NCBI RefSeq assembly: GCF_009914755.1
Contig: NC_060925.1
Reading direction: 5' to 3' (one strand)
Source: the human T2T-CHM13v2.0 reference genome, Homo sapiens
DNA length: 64,000 bases
Part shown: piece by piece, positions 18,237 to 32,309 of the stretch
How the letters are laid out: the number at the start of each line of letters is the position of its first letter
How positions within the stretch are numbered: position 1 is the first letter of the stretch
The notes under the pieces: generated by a model
Database searches by the model: none
Told to the model about the DNA's origin: nothing
The model's input: the letters and a program-made list of their open reading frames with translations, nothing else
Position numbers and translations under genes: made by a program

Positions 18237-21200
18237 TTCTTGCTTGTCTAGTTCTTCAAGGTATACCATTAGGTTATTTATTTGGAGTCTTTATTGATTT
18301 GGCATTTATTATTATAAATTTCCTTCTTAGTACTGTTCTGCTGTATCCTCATAGTTTTGGTATGTTGTGTTTCCATCATCATTGGTCTCAACAGATTTTT
18401 AAACTTCATTTAAAATTTCTTCACTGACCTATTGGTTGTTAGGAACATGTTTAATTTTGATGTATTTGTATAGTTTCCAATGTTTCTCTTGTTATTGCTT
18501 TCTAGTTTTATTCCAGTGTGGTCAGATACTTGATATTAGTTTGATTTTTTAAAAATTTGTTAAGGTTTGTGTCATAACATATAGTCTGCAGAATTCTGCT
18601 TGTGCTGATGAGAATGTGTATTCTGCAGCTATTAGAAAAAATGTTCTATAAATGTCTGCTAGTTCCATTAGGTCTAGAGTGTAGTTTACTGTTTCTTTTT
18701 GTCCTAATGACATGTACATTGCTGAAAATGGGACACTGCAGTCGCCTTTTATTATACTGCAGTCTACCTCTCCCTTTAAACCAATTAATATATGTTTTAT
18801 ATGTTTAATTACTCCAATAATGGTTGCATATATATTTACAGTTGCTAATTCCTCTTGGTAAATTGGCCACTTTATCCTTACATTGATGTTGTCTCTAATT
18901 TTTAGTTTTTGACTTGAAGCCTAATTTATCTAAGCATAGTAGCTACTTCTGAGATTTTTGATTTCCTATTGCATGAAATATCTTTTTTCAACCATTCACT
19001 TTCAGTCTATGTGTGTCCTTATAGATGGAGTGAGTTTCTAGCAGGCAGCATATACCTGGGTCTTTAAAAAAAAAATTCAGCCACTCCATTTCTTTCAAAT
19101 CGAGAATTTAGTCCCTTTAAATTCAATTCTAATATTATTAGGAAAAATTTACACCTGCCATTTTGTTGCTTTCTGGTTGTCTTGTAAATCATTTCTTCCT
19201 TTCTTACTATCTTTTCTGTGTAAAAGTGATTTTGTCAAGTAATATATTTTAATTCTTTGGCTTTGATATTAATGTATTATGAGTTTTTGCTTTGTGGTTA
19301 TAAGGCTTTAAAAAAGTGTTTTATAATAAGTTACTTTAAACTGATTACACCTTAACTTTGGTCAGTACAAGGAAATACTAAAAAACTCTAAGCTCTAAGT
19401 TTATTACCCCTACTCTTAGACTTTTTGTTGTCTCTGTATCTTTTTATATTGCCTATTTCTTAAGCAATATTACTTTTGGTAGGTTTATGTTTTAGTTTTC
19501 ATGCTAAACTTTCTAGCATCTTATACACAATTACAGCATTAGAGTGCTCTGAATGTTGTGTGCTTAGATTTACCAGTGAGTTTTCCATCTTCAGATGATT
19601 TCTTGTTGCACATTAGAGCCCTTTTCTTTCAGAGTAAAAAAATCTTTAGGTTGTCTTGTAAGATAGGTCTAGTGGTGACAAATATCTTTCAGCTTCTGTT
19701 TGTCTGGAAAGTCTAGTTCTTTATGATTGAAGGATATCTTTGCTGGATACAGTATTCTCAGTGGAAGTTTTTTTGTTGTCCTTCAGCACTTTAAATATGT
19801 CTTCCCACTTCCTCCTGATTGATAAGGTTTCTGTTGAGAAGTCTGCTTCCAGATGTATAGGAGTTCCCTTATACATTATTTACTTCTTTTCTCTTCCTGC
19901 TTTTAGGATCCCTTTTTTTGTCCCTGAAACAGAGTTTAACTATATGCCTTGTGGTATTCTTATTCAGGCTTAATTCTCTTGGTGTTCTCTGATCTTCTTG
20001 TATCTGAAGATTCATATCTTTATCTAGGTTTGGAAAGTTCTCTATTATGTCTGAATAAACTTTCTACCCCAATTGCTTTCTCTATATCCCCTTTAAGACC
20101 AATAACTTGTATTTGCTTTTTGATGCTGTTTTCTACATCTTATAAACATCTTTTTTTTCCATTTTTCTCTCCTCTGTGTATTTTTAAATAGCCTGAGCTC
20201 ATTAATTTTCTCTTCTGTTTGATCAATTCTGCTGTTGAGACATAGAGGCATTTTTCTGATGGTCAACTGAATTTTTAGCTCCAAGATTTGTTTAGTTTTT
20301 GATAATTATTTCAAACTTTTTTACAGTTCTCTGAAAGAATCCTTATTTCCTTCTGTTTTATTGTAGTTTACTGAGTTTCCAAAAAAATATATGTATATTG
20401 AATTCTCAGTCTGGAAGGTCACATATCTCTGTCACTCTAGGATTGATCACTGGTGCCTCATTTAGTACATTTGGTGAGGCCATATTTTCCTGGATGTCTG
20501 TGATGCTTTTGGACATTCCTAAATGTCTGCGCATGCACTGCAGATTTATGTATTTATTCCAGTCTTCACAGTCTGACCTTGCTTATAACTTCTTTTTCAG
20601 AGGGCTCTCCAAGAGTTCAAAGTGGCTGTTAACTGCATCCACTTCAGCAGTAGAGGGTACCCTAAACCTAAGTGTGCTGTGACACTTGCAGACTCCTAGC
20701 CCTAATGAATTTAGAAATGAGGGAGAATTCCTTGGGTTCTCAGAGAAATCCTTACTCTCTTCTGTCTTTCCTCCAAGCCAAATGAGTCCCTCTCTAGGCC
20801 TGGCTTCTTGGTGTTGGGGGAGGGTTAATGCAAGCACTGTCAGGGCCACCAAAGCTGATACTGCATAACAACCGAGGTCCAGTCTGCCAGACCAGTACAG
20901 TACCTGGGTTTGTGCAAGGCCAACAGCTGCTACTGTCTGATTGCCACTGAATTTTATTCAAAACCCAAGGATAATTTAGTCAAAGGAAGGTGAAGCATGG
21001 AGGGACTTGGGTCCCATCAGGGCAGTAGATTCTCTTCTGGCCTCAGATGAGTGTAGAAGCACCATCCAGGAGTAATGGTCTGGAATCAGAAGCTTCAGGA
21101 TTTCTGCCATTGCTTTATTTTACTGAGGCTGGGCTGTCACTCTCCTTCCCCAAAGCAGGAGTCTCTCTCCTGTGCTGCACTTCCTGGAGTTGGAGGATGG

Positions 21201-22919
21201 GTGATCCATGTACTCCCATGGTCACTGCAGCTGGTCCCTTGCTGAATCAAGCCAAAGTAAACAGCCTCTGAAAGCAGTACAGCACCAGGGCTTGCTCAAG
21301 AACTGCAGTTAACATGGCCTAGCTGTCAGAGAAATTTATCCAGGGCCTCAGGGAACTTTAGTCAGTTGGTGGCAAAGCAGACCAAGTCTTGGGTTCCTGC
21401 TACTGGGGTAGTGAATTCTCCTCTAGCCCAGGGCTATTTTAAGTGCTCCCTCCATGGGCATTGGTAGAATTTTGCCTGGTGCCGTTTCATTATTACAAGG
21501 CAGCACTGAGTTATTATGCAAAGTTCCACTCATGTCACTCTCCCCCAAGCACAGAGATTCTCTCTTCCTGCTATGCTGCCTGAGTCTGGGGAAGCAGTGT
21601 TATAGGCAATGTTAAGAACATCCTTCCTACCTTCTTCAATGCATTTTTCCTCATTATTATGCTAAAACTGTGATCCATCACCTCAATTATTGCTGGTGAG
21701 GTACTGGTGAACTCCCTCACTTGAATTTCTCGTTCTTATGAAGGTGCTTTCTTGCTTGGATAGTTGTTCAGTGTGACATTCCTGCAGGGTGAACAATTGC
21801 TAGAGGGTTCTATTCAGCCATCTTTCTCCACCTCACATCCATGTTTTTGCATGTTATTTCTTTCCTTTTATTGATTAGCATTTGATTCCATGAATATAGC
21901 ACAATGTATATAACCACTATTCTTTTCTGGAAAACTTATGTCCAGGTTGGGGTTATTATGAATAAGGCTATGAAATTTCAGGTACATGTCTTTGTGTGAA
22001 TTTCTGTTTTCATTTCTCTTAGGTAAAAACATATCCTATGGAATTGCAGTTAATTTGGTAATTCTAGATTTATAGTTTTTTAAAAAAAAAAAAAAAAAAA
22101 CCCTGTCAATTTTTCAGAGTGACTCTATGACTTTACCAACCAGAAATGTATACAAATTCCAATTTCAAGTCATGTTTTTAAAAAAGACGATCAATTGACT
22201 ATATGCATTTGTCTATTTCAGGACTCTATTGTGCTATTGGTCTATTTGTCTATCTATGTTAATACTATATTATCTCTTTTACTGCAACATTATAATACAT
22301 CTTGAAACCAGGTACAGTAAGTCCTCCACCTGTTTGAAGATTCCTTTGGCTATTCTAAATGCTTTGAATTTCCAGATTTTAGAAACAACTTGTCAATTTA
22401 TTTAAAATATACTGTTGGAATTTTGCTTGGGGTTACAATGAATTCATAAACCACCAAGCAGAAATTGAAAATCCTAACAATATTGAGTCGTCCAATATAT
22501 TTAGTGACATATCTTTCCATTTATTTAGGTATTTTAAATTTCTTCTCAACAGTGTTTTGTAACTTGTAGTGTAAAGGTCTTACAGGTCTTACATGTGTGT
22601 CACTGAATGGTTCCTAAGTATATGGCTGTTTTATGCTATTGTAAATATGTTATGTTTCATTTTCCAATTATTCATTAATATAGAAATGCATATTATCAAT
22701 TGTCAAATTACTTTTTTATATCTGTTGACAATAATCACATGGTTTTTCTCATTTTGCTATGTGGTGAATTATATTGCTGGGTTAAGCCTAACATATATAC
22801 AACCTTTTACACTGCTAAATTCTATTTCTTTTTAAGTATTTTTTGCATCCATATTCACATGAAATACTGATTTTTAAATTTCTTTTATTGTACTATTTTG
22901 TCAAGTCTTGTAGTGGGAT

Positions 22920-23329
22920 TGATATGGTTTGGATTTGTGTCCCCATCCAAATCTCATGTTCAATTGTAATCCCCAGTGTTGGAGGCTGGTCCTGGTGGGA
23001 GGTGACTTGTTCACGGGGGTGGATCCTTCACGACTGGTTTAACACCATTCCTTTGGTGCTGTTCTTGTGAGAGAGTTCTCATGAGATCTTGTCGTTTAAG
23101 AGTGTGCAGCACATCCCTTCTCTCTCTTCCTCCTGCTCCAGCCATGTAACATGTAACTGTTTCCCCTCCGCCTTCCACCAGGATTGTAAGTTTCCTGAAG
23201 CTTCCCCAGAAGCAGAAGCCGCTATGCTTCCTGTACAGCCTGCAGCATCAGGAGCCAATTAAACTCCTTTTCTTTATAAATTGCCCAGTCTGTTATTTCT
23301 TTATAGCAATGTAAGAATGGATTAATACA
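22920..23329 (+). mobile_element. MSTA/MSTB solo LTR (MaLR)
   Basis: TGATATGGTTTGG...ATTAATACA termini; approximate 5-bp TSD GGGAT/GGGGT. Confidence 0.9.
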
Positions 23330-23699
23330 GGGGTTATACTGGCCTCATAAATTCAAAATTGTTTTGTTTTCTAATGTTTGAAAGAATCTCTGTAGAGTTT
23401 AATATTATCTCTAACCTACACATTTGATGTAATTCTCCATTGGAGCAATCAGGAGTTGGTGTTTTCTTTTTGGTAACATTTATGTTTACCAATTCACTTT
23501 AATAAATATGGAGCTTTTTTCATATTTTGTATCCTGCATCATTTTTGAGAAGTGTGTTTCAAAAGGCATTTGTCCATCTAAGTTATTCAATTATTGGCAT
23601 AAAGCTGTTCATAACATGCAATTATCTTTAATGTTAATAGACTAATGTCCTTTCTATTCTAAACATTATTAATTTGTGTTTCCTCTTTTTAATTTGATC

Positions 23700-24097
23700 A
23701 GGTTGTTTCCTAGGCTGCTATAACATCGTAAACTAGATGGCTTGAAACGAGAGAAATTTATTCTCTCACAGTTGTGTAGACTAGAAGTCTGAAATCAAGC
23801 CTCCCTCTCAAGGCTCTAGAGAAGGGGTCTTCTTTGCCTCTTCCTTACTTCTGGTTGCAGGCAATCTTTGGCTTAAAGTTGGCATCACTCCAATGTCTGC
23901 CTTTATTTTCACATGGACTTTGTATCTCTGCCAAGGCCTTCTTATAAGGAAACTAGTCATTGAATTTCGGGATACCCTAACCTAGTATGATTTCGTCATA
24001 ACTAATTACATCTGCAAAGACCCTATTTTGAAATAAGGTCACATCTGAAGTTTCAAGTGAACACGAATTTTGGAGTGATATTATTCAGCCCAGTATA
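23700..24097 (-). mobile_element. MLT1-family LTR
   Basis: 'gaaatttattctctcacagtt...gaagtctgaaatcaag...taattacatctgcaaagaccctatttt' is typical MLT1. Confidence 0.8.
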
Positions 24098-24799
24098 TGT
24101 CTTACCAGGTGTTTATCAATCTTATTTCAAAAAACTCACTTTCAACTTGATTTTGTGTGTGAATTTCCATCAACTTTGAAAAAGTTCTTAGTAAATATCT
24201 CTTCAAATATTTGTTCTGTATCATTCTTTCAATCTTCCCTTTCTGAGACTCAATTACAAGGATGGTAAGCCATTTCACTTTCCTTCAAATTTCACACACT
24301 CTATAATTTTACTCCCCTTTTCTTTGCTTTTCCATTTGTATATTTTCAATTGCTTTGTCTTTATTGATTTTTTCTCTGTGTACTTAGATCATATTCATTT
24401 CTAGATTTCTGTGTTTTGTTGTTTCCATATTTCTGCTGAAATTCTCTATCTCTTCATGTATGTTTTCCACTTTGTTTTACTAGATCTTTAGGCACTTTTA
24501 TTGTTATGATCACCCTCTGATAATGCAAACATATGGACAATTTCAATTTGCTTCTACTGACTGATTCCTCTCTGGATCAAACTTTTTTCCTCCTTTGCAT
24601 GTCTTATAATTTTTAACTGTGTGCTGTATATTTTTTATAAAAGGACAGTAAGTATGAAAAGAAGTAATAGTTAACACCAGAAAACAGCATGCTCCTTTTG
24701 TTAGGTTCAGAATATGACACTGAATCAATCTGATGTACAGTTGAGAGCAGCTGGGCTTTGTTGCAGCTGTAGTTTGATTCACTTCCTCCCTCCTTTCAA

Positions 24800-24833
24800 T
24801 TATATATATAAAATTGTATTTTATATATGTGTG

Positions 24834-24864
<31 letters not shown>

Positions 24865-25137
24865 TATATGAGACAAGGGCTCACTCTGTTGTCCAGACTG
24901 CAGTGCAGTGGTGTGATCACAGTCCTGGGTGAAGGGATCCTCCTGCCTCAGCCTCCCAGGCAGCTGGGACAACATGCATACACCACCATGTCCTGCTAAT
25001 TTTTAGTATTTTTTTTTGTAGAGATGCAGGTCTTGCTATTTTGCCCAGGCTGGTCTCTAACTCCTGGCCTCAAGCGATCCTCCTGCCTTGGCTTCCCAAA
25101 GCCCTGGAATTACAGGTATGAGCCACTGTGACTGGCC
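24800..25137 (-). mobile_element. AluJ with a (TA)n(CA)n microsatellite derived from its tail
   Basis: Reverse Alu at about 24868-25137; TA/CA dinucleotide runs at 24800-24868. Confidence 0.88.
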
Positions 25138-25819
25138 ATTTCAAATATTTTGAGTGAACAAAGTTTCCTTTTAACAGAAATCTGGATATCAGCCCTGGTA
25201 AGATTCTAGTGTTTCTGTTTTTTTGTTTTGTTTTGTTTGCTTTTCAGCTAAGCTGCCAGTTATTGAAAGAACAGATTTTTCTTTGCACTAATCACAATAG
25301 CGTATTTTAGAATTTCTGGGGCATTTTACTTGTAATCTGTTGATGTCCGTGGCTTTCTGTGCCTCAGGTGAACTCTCAGTCATATTATCATTCCCTTTGG
25401 AGGACACAGTTCTTAAACCATAATGCCTCAGAATGACTTTTCCTTTGTTTCAGGTCTGTTATTTTTCTTAGCTTCCCAATAAATGAACACACCCTTTCTA
25501 AAATCAGCACACTGGTTGTTTAAAACCAAGAAATATTTTCAACACTAGACTTACAAGGGTACTAATAAGCCACTATTTACTGAACTTTCATTTTCCAGCA
25601 AGTCTTTACTGGACAATGAAAGATAAAAGTTATCTTCCTCTTTCACAAATTCATTGAGCACTTAAAATATATGACATCTTACTATAAAATACAATATAAT
25701 CTTAGTAACTTGGATGAACGAATATCAAGTTCCTAAATTATATTAGATTTCAGGTTTGATTTTCTAAAATCTTATTAAAAGTAGACTCGTTCAGGGTCCT
25801 TCTACCTTGTGATTCCACC

Positions 25820-26121
25820 TTTTTTTTTTTTTTTTTTTGAGACGGAGTCTTGCTCTGTCGCCCAGGCTGGAATGCAATGGCACGATCTCAGTTCACTGCA
25901 ACCTCCGCCCCCCCGGGTTCAAGTGATTCTTCTGCCTCAGCCTCCTGAGTAGCTGGGATTACAGGCACACACCACCACGCCTGGCTAATTTTTGTATTTG
26001 TAGTACAGACAGGGTTTCACCATGTTGGCCAGACTGGTCTTGAATTCCTGACCTCAGGTGATCTGCCCACCTCAGCCTACCAAAGCGCTGGGACTACAGG
26101 TGTGAGCCACTGTGCCCGGCT
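25820..26121 (-). mobile_element. AluSx-like
   Basis: Full reverse Alu; TSD GATTCCACC at 25811-25819 and 26122-26130. Confidence 0.95.
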
Positions 26122-26583
26122 GATTCCACCATCTCTTACAAGCTTGTAATCAATATCCAATTGGTACAAAGAGAAAAAACTGGGAGAAAACATTATGAAT
26201 TCTCAAAACCTTAATATAAAAATAGCAAATACATCCACTCCACTTTCTAAAATTCAGTTTTGCATCTACATCTAACTGCACATGAGGCTAGGAAATATAG
26301 TCTTGCAGTATACCCAGGACAAAAAGGAAACAGATTTTTCACTATCGGTTCACAGTATCTGCCAATTTTGTTAGCTTAAGACCTCTTACTTTAAAAGTTA
26401 AATATTCAACTCAAAAATGTTGATGGAATTGAAGAGAAATGCCTTATCTGTTCAATCAAGCTATTGTATCTGACAATGGAGGCAAGGTATATTTTGATGG
26501 TATGATTGTCTTCTGTCACTTCAGCATTACAGTTAGGGATGAACACACATTCCAAATTCTCTTATAATCCCTCCACAAGCCTA

Positions 26584-27140
26584 CAGCAGTGTCCGCTTAT
26601 CAGTAGGGATATATTCCAAGACCTCCAGCGGATTATTTGAAACTACAGATAGTACTAAACCCTCTATATACTGTTTTTCCCTATACATACATATATACTT
26701 ATGATAAAGTTTAATATATATATATCTATGATAAAGTTTAACATATACATTAGCCATAGTAAGACGTGAACAACAATAATAAAATAGAACAATTATAATA
26801 ATATGCCAGCATACTACCCTTGTGCTTTTGGGGCATTAAATAAAATATGGGCTACTTGAACACAAGGACTGAGATACTGCAACAGTCCATCTGATAACTG
26901 AGATGGCTACAAAGTGACTAATGAATGGGTAGTGTCTACAGCACAGATATGCAGAAAAAAGAGATGATTTACATCCTGGGCAGGAGGGCAACAAGATTTC
27001 ATCACACTACTCTGAAGAGCCTATAATTTGAAAATTATGAATTGTTTATTTCTGAAATTATCTTAATATTTTCAGACCATGGTTGTCTGCGAATAACTGA
27101 AAATGCAGAAAGCTAAGCCATGGATAATGCAAGCCAACTG
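26584..27140. mobile_element. MER44B-like TcMar-Tigger non-autonomous element
   Basis: TA|CAGCAGTGTCCGCTTATC ... GGATAATGCAAGCCAACTG|TA: degenerate TIRs with a TA target duplication; internal sequence matches my recall of MER44. Confidence 0.82.
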
Positions 27141-28158
27141 TATTAACATTTTTAGCCTATGTTATTTCTAAGGGTAAAAGTTAACTAATGGGATTCAAAT
27201 ATTATGAAAGTATTTTTTTGTCTTAAAATAATTTATTTAATATGTTGGTATGTATCGCTAAGCCTCGTGTTCTAGGAATGGACAAAGTCTATGTTTTTCC
27301 CTGAGCCACTTTCCCCATACAAATTTTATAATTTTATAAACTTTGACTCTGTCAATTTCCTTCTCCCCATACTATCATGCTTCATAACTTAAATAATAGT
27401 TTCCTTGATACGGGAATCAGGACTAAATGACATTTTGCAGGTGTGTTACACCGTGCTTTTCAAAGGCATGATACTTTTTTATGGTTTGTATCCAAATTAT
27501 TTCTAGCAATGTCAGCATTTAGTCAATCAATGCTTATGGAAATGTCTCCCAGGTTTATTGCTGTTTAATATAGGCATAGTATTTTATTCCCTTTCTGTCT
27601 TATTAGTCCAGAAGACTTCAGAAATATTATTTACTGATTCTTGTATCTAGCAACTAATTTATAATTGAGGTCTCCATCACATAAGCATTATTCCTTGAAT
27701 TGCTCCAACTGACAGTTTAAATGTTTTCTCCCCACCTTTTCTTCTGGCCAGGGAACCATCTCTTCTAAAAAGATAAAAACCTGATTAATCTTCTTCAAAG
27801 ATTATTCTGCAAACCAGTTCATCACTGGGCACTTTCCAAATGAGCATTTTTTTCTTTTTAATTTCAGCAGGGATCTGTAAACTATTCTTTACCTGTACAT
27901 ACAGAGATCCAAGGAGAAACAATCCAATCATTTGCATACCCAGAAAAAATGAGAACACTGTTTTTGTAGATGCATGTATCACACTTATTTTGCATGTAGT
28001 TTAATTGGATTGCCAATTTTGTTCTTTAGAATTTGGGCTCTACAAAGGTTACATCCTATTAAAAAGGCTCAATATTTACCTGTTCAAGACTACTTTTACA
28101 TGTAATTATAACTTGCCATAAATGAAAATCTAAGAAGCTCTTGAGTATGGTTATGACT

Positions 28159-28164
28159 TTTATT
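28159..28164 (-). terminator. DRAM2: Candidate DRAM2 poly(A) signal (AATAAA); other candidates at 28736-28741, 27583-27588, 27554-27559 and 27232-27237
   Basis: TTTATT on the plus strand, downstream of the stop codon. Which signal is used cannot be read from sequence. Confidence 0.55.
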
Positions 28165-28930
28165 AATCATATCTGCTGTTATTCCCAAACTTCTCAATGT
28201 TACATGAATACTAACCCTTGTTTTATATAAAATATGACTAAAGTAAATTTACCTACAGGTGCCTCTCTCCTTCATTGGTGATTAAAATTTCACGCCAGAG
28301 ACTAAACTTCATGAAACTACTGCAAGCATGTGTATGATAGACCAATTAGCTTAGTATCTGGCATTGTGGCCAGAAAAAAAAAAATCGTTACCTACAAAAT
28401 CTCTTGGGCAACACTTAAGCCATGGAAGAGCCCACATGAATCCAGGTCTACTTTCCTTTACAGGTAGATTCCAGAACAACAACAAAAAATGTAAGACTAC
28501 AAGAAATGATTTAATATGATAAAACTCCCATTTCAAAACCCAGTTCTAAAGGATTTACTGACTAATGCTGATTATTTAGTCATGGAAAATGTCTCTCATA
28601 AAAGTGCTCCTAACAAAACATGATCTACAATAATTTATAAAATGTGAAGGGTTGGGATGTGCAGACTGATTGGTGCACGTCAGGTTGTTTCTCTTAAATA
28701 AGGTATAAAAAACTATGATATCATAGTCTTTTGACTTTATTTTCTGAGATAAAAAAGTATAGGCATAGGTGTTTTTAATAGTCTTCTTGATGATATCCTT
28801 TAGAATAATCTATCAAATGGCTTCTTTCATGTTTCCTGATTATCAGCATTCATCAGTGTTACTGTCAGCCTTGATTAAGTGGTTGAAAATTTCAGAGAAG
28901 AATAAGCAACTTCTGTGAACCTTTCCCCAA

Positions 28931-28938
28931 TCCCTGAG
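28931..28938 (-). promoter_or_regulatory. DRAM2: miR-125 family 8mer site (CTCAGGGA) in the DRAM2 3'UTR
   Basis: Plus-strand TCCCTGAG gives mRNA CTCAGGGA, complementary to the miR-125a/b seed, about 35 nt after the stop. Confidence 0.8.
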
Positions 28939-28973
28939 AATCATAATCATTACAGAAATATTTTATCCTTTCA

Positions 28974-29099
<126 letters not shown>

Positions 29100-29618
29100 T
29101 TATATATAGAAGTTTGCTCCTTAAAGAGAGATCACTCCTTCAATATGTTCTATAGGCTACCTTGTGATTATGAATGTAAATCAATTCTAATGGTAGTGAG
29201 ACAGCTGTTTTACTGTCAAAGGTATCCTCTTTGTACCAATTAAAATCTGGAAAAACCAAGCTTCTCAATTCATAAAGTTCCCTGTTTTTCTTTGGTTTCT
29301 ACTAAGAATCAGTAAAACTAAATGTTGAGAATGACCTATGTAAAAGTACACAGAATCGATAACAAATTCTATGTAAGAATTTCTGAAATTTATTTTATAG
29401 CCCCATTTTCAAGGCTAAATCTTGCTAGCAATACACTACTTCTTTAAACACAGAAACAATTCACCTGAAAAGTTACATCACTTGTTTATGATACCAAATC
29501 ACAAACAGTTAATTTTCAAAAAGGCGGGAGAGTTGCCTATGGAAAGTTCTCTTAGTCTACCTTCCTGGACTAAGAGAAGGAAGTCTGACTGAATAAATCT
29601 AATATTGTGCCTTCTTAC

Positions 29619-29711
29619 CTGAAAATCACGAATGTAAGTCAGGAAAAAACCAAAGAAGGAAAATGACATAGACCATTCTGCTGCAGTAGTGATCATGTGA
29701 AGCACATAACC
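29619..29711 (-). CDS. DRAM2: DRAM2 coding exon 6 ([31 protein letters not shown])
   Basis: CAG|GGT acceptor, CAG|GTAAGA donor, 93 nt, phase 0/0. Confidence 0.97.
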
Positions 29712-30672
29712 CTGAGTGATGGGAAAAAAAGAATAGTTTTGTGAAATTTCATTTAAACGATCTATATACTATGTTTCAAATAAAAAACACACAATTCTTA
29801 TAAAATAATGGAGCTTCTGAAAATCAACCCTTGACTTACCAGGCATATAATATCTCTAGAATTAAAGAGCCAGCATTAGGAAATCCTCCTAAATGACACT
29901 CTATTTGTTTCACTGGGAGCGAATAAAATTTCCAATTAAATAGCTAAGATAGAACAGGATCATTTTTACTCTACAATCGAGAAATTACTATTGCCTTACC
30001 CAAAGCCATAAGATTCATAATATGCAACTAAGAAAAGTTTAACAATGCTCAGAATAAACTTAGTAAGTGCTGTGTTTACGATATTAAATAATATATGGGT
30101 TACAATTGGGAAAATCTAGTAAATTATTTCATTCATTCATTTTCACAAACATGCCCAATTTGGGGCTAATTCTTATATAAAACACCACCAAGTGGTTTGT
30201 GAAAACAGATGAACTCATTTTATTCTTTAGTATATGTTCCTCTTCCTCTATTCTCAGAGTCCCAGATGTTATATCTACATTCAGATATCCACTATATTGA
30301 ATCCTAAATGCAGAGTCCATAATCAATTTCCAGATAACAAAAAGTGGGAGAAGATGTCTTTTCAATTCAGAAAACAAGTATTCAAAACATAAATGATCTC
30401 GGTTGGCTATATTATATACTATACCCACATTTAGGGGAGTCAATTTCTCAGAAAACTCTTCTGCCATCGCAATGCTCTTCATATTTTGACAATATCTACA
30501 GATCACAGGTGACAGGAGAATATGGAAGGTTCTACATAAACCCTACCATATCAAGAAAATAATTTTAATACAGAACTGATTATTCTACCAGAAGACTTTC
30601 ATTGTTACTGATGAAATGAAAAACATATCAAGATCAATCAAAATAACCATCTTTAATATAAAACTAAGTTTA

Positions 30673-31545
<873 letters not shown>

Positions 31546-32104
31546 TCAGAACACATTGGCAACACAACATTTAAAAGCACAACCCAGAGATTTCAATAGG
31601 ACATTCACTGAGTAGAGAAGCTCGGCCAATTCTACAAACAAATTACTTTCTGAAGTAATTTTCTCTCATAATACTCAGTTTAAACCTAAGGATTATAGTA
31701 ATACCAAACTATTTCATATACCTCCACTGAAAATATAATAGGAATTATTCATTTATTATTTTCTTCATTTAATAATATGTTTACTTGGTGCCTATTAGGT
31801 GCTAGGCACTGTTCTAAATCTTCAGATCCATTAGAGAACAAAACAGGCAAAAATCCAGCTCTGAGTTTAGTAAAGGTACATAAACAATAAATATAAACTT
31901 CAGAAATAAGGAAATTCCAGTGTGTCTGATGGTGAAAAGGGTCATAGGAAAAGCATAGTGCAATAAGAAAAGATTAGGATGGACTGCAGTGCTGGGAATA
32001 GGGAGTTTCCATTTAAATTCAATTTAACTGTAAATAAAATTTAAAGACTCAAGAAATTAAAATATTCTCCCTTGGCTCTAGCTTGATTGGTTATATATAG
32101 TTAC

Positions 32105-32309
32105 ACTGCTATAAGCCAAGGAACACCAAGGATTACTGGTAATCACCAGAAGCCAGGAACAGATTCTCCCTCTGAGCCTCCAATAAGAGAATCAACCCTA
32201 CCAACACCCTGATTTCAGACTTCTGGCCTCCCGAACTTTGACAGAATAAATTTCTATTCAGTCACCCAGTTTGATATTTTATTATGGCAGCACTAGAAAA
32301 TTAATACAG
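32105..32309 (+). mobile_element. MLT1 LTR 3' half
   Basis: 'aagccaaggaacaccaagg...acagattctccctctgagcctcc...cagacttctggcctcc...aataaatttc...aattaataca'. Confidence 0.8.

Larger units (their letters stand above)
15370..21840 (-). mobile_element. Degraded, near full-length L1MA-like LINE with internal deletions
   Basis: L1MA 3' end at about 15,370, degenerate ORF2, an ORF1 fragment (20093-20284, NSRIDQTEEKINEL) and GC-richer 5'UTR-like sequence to about 21,840. Confidence 0.8.

Noticed and set aside
29222-29230. GTATCCTCT, a U12-donor-like motif (similar motifs near 28793 and 40361)
   Set aside because: On the plus strand, antisense to DRAM2, with no associated exon.
30129-30506. 125-aa minus-strand ORF in a DRAM2 intron
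   Set aside because: No recognisable homology, and the DRAM2 CDS is complete at 801 nt without it.
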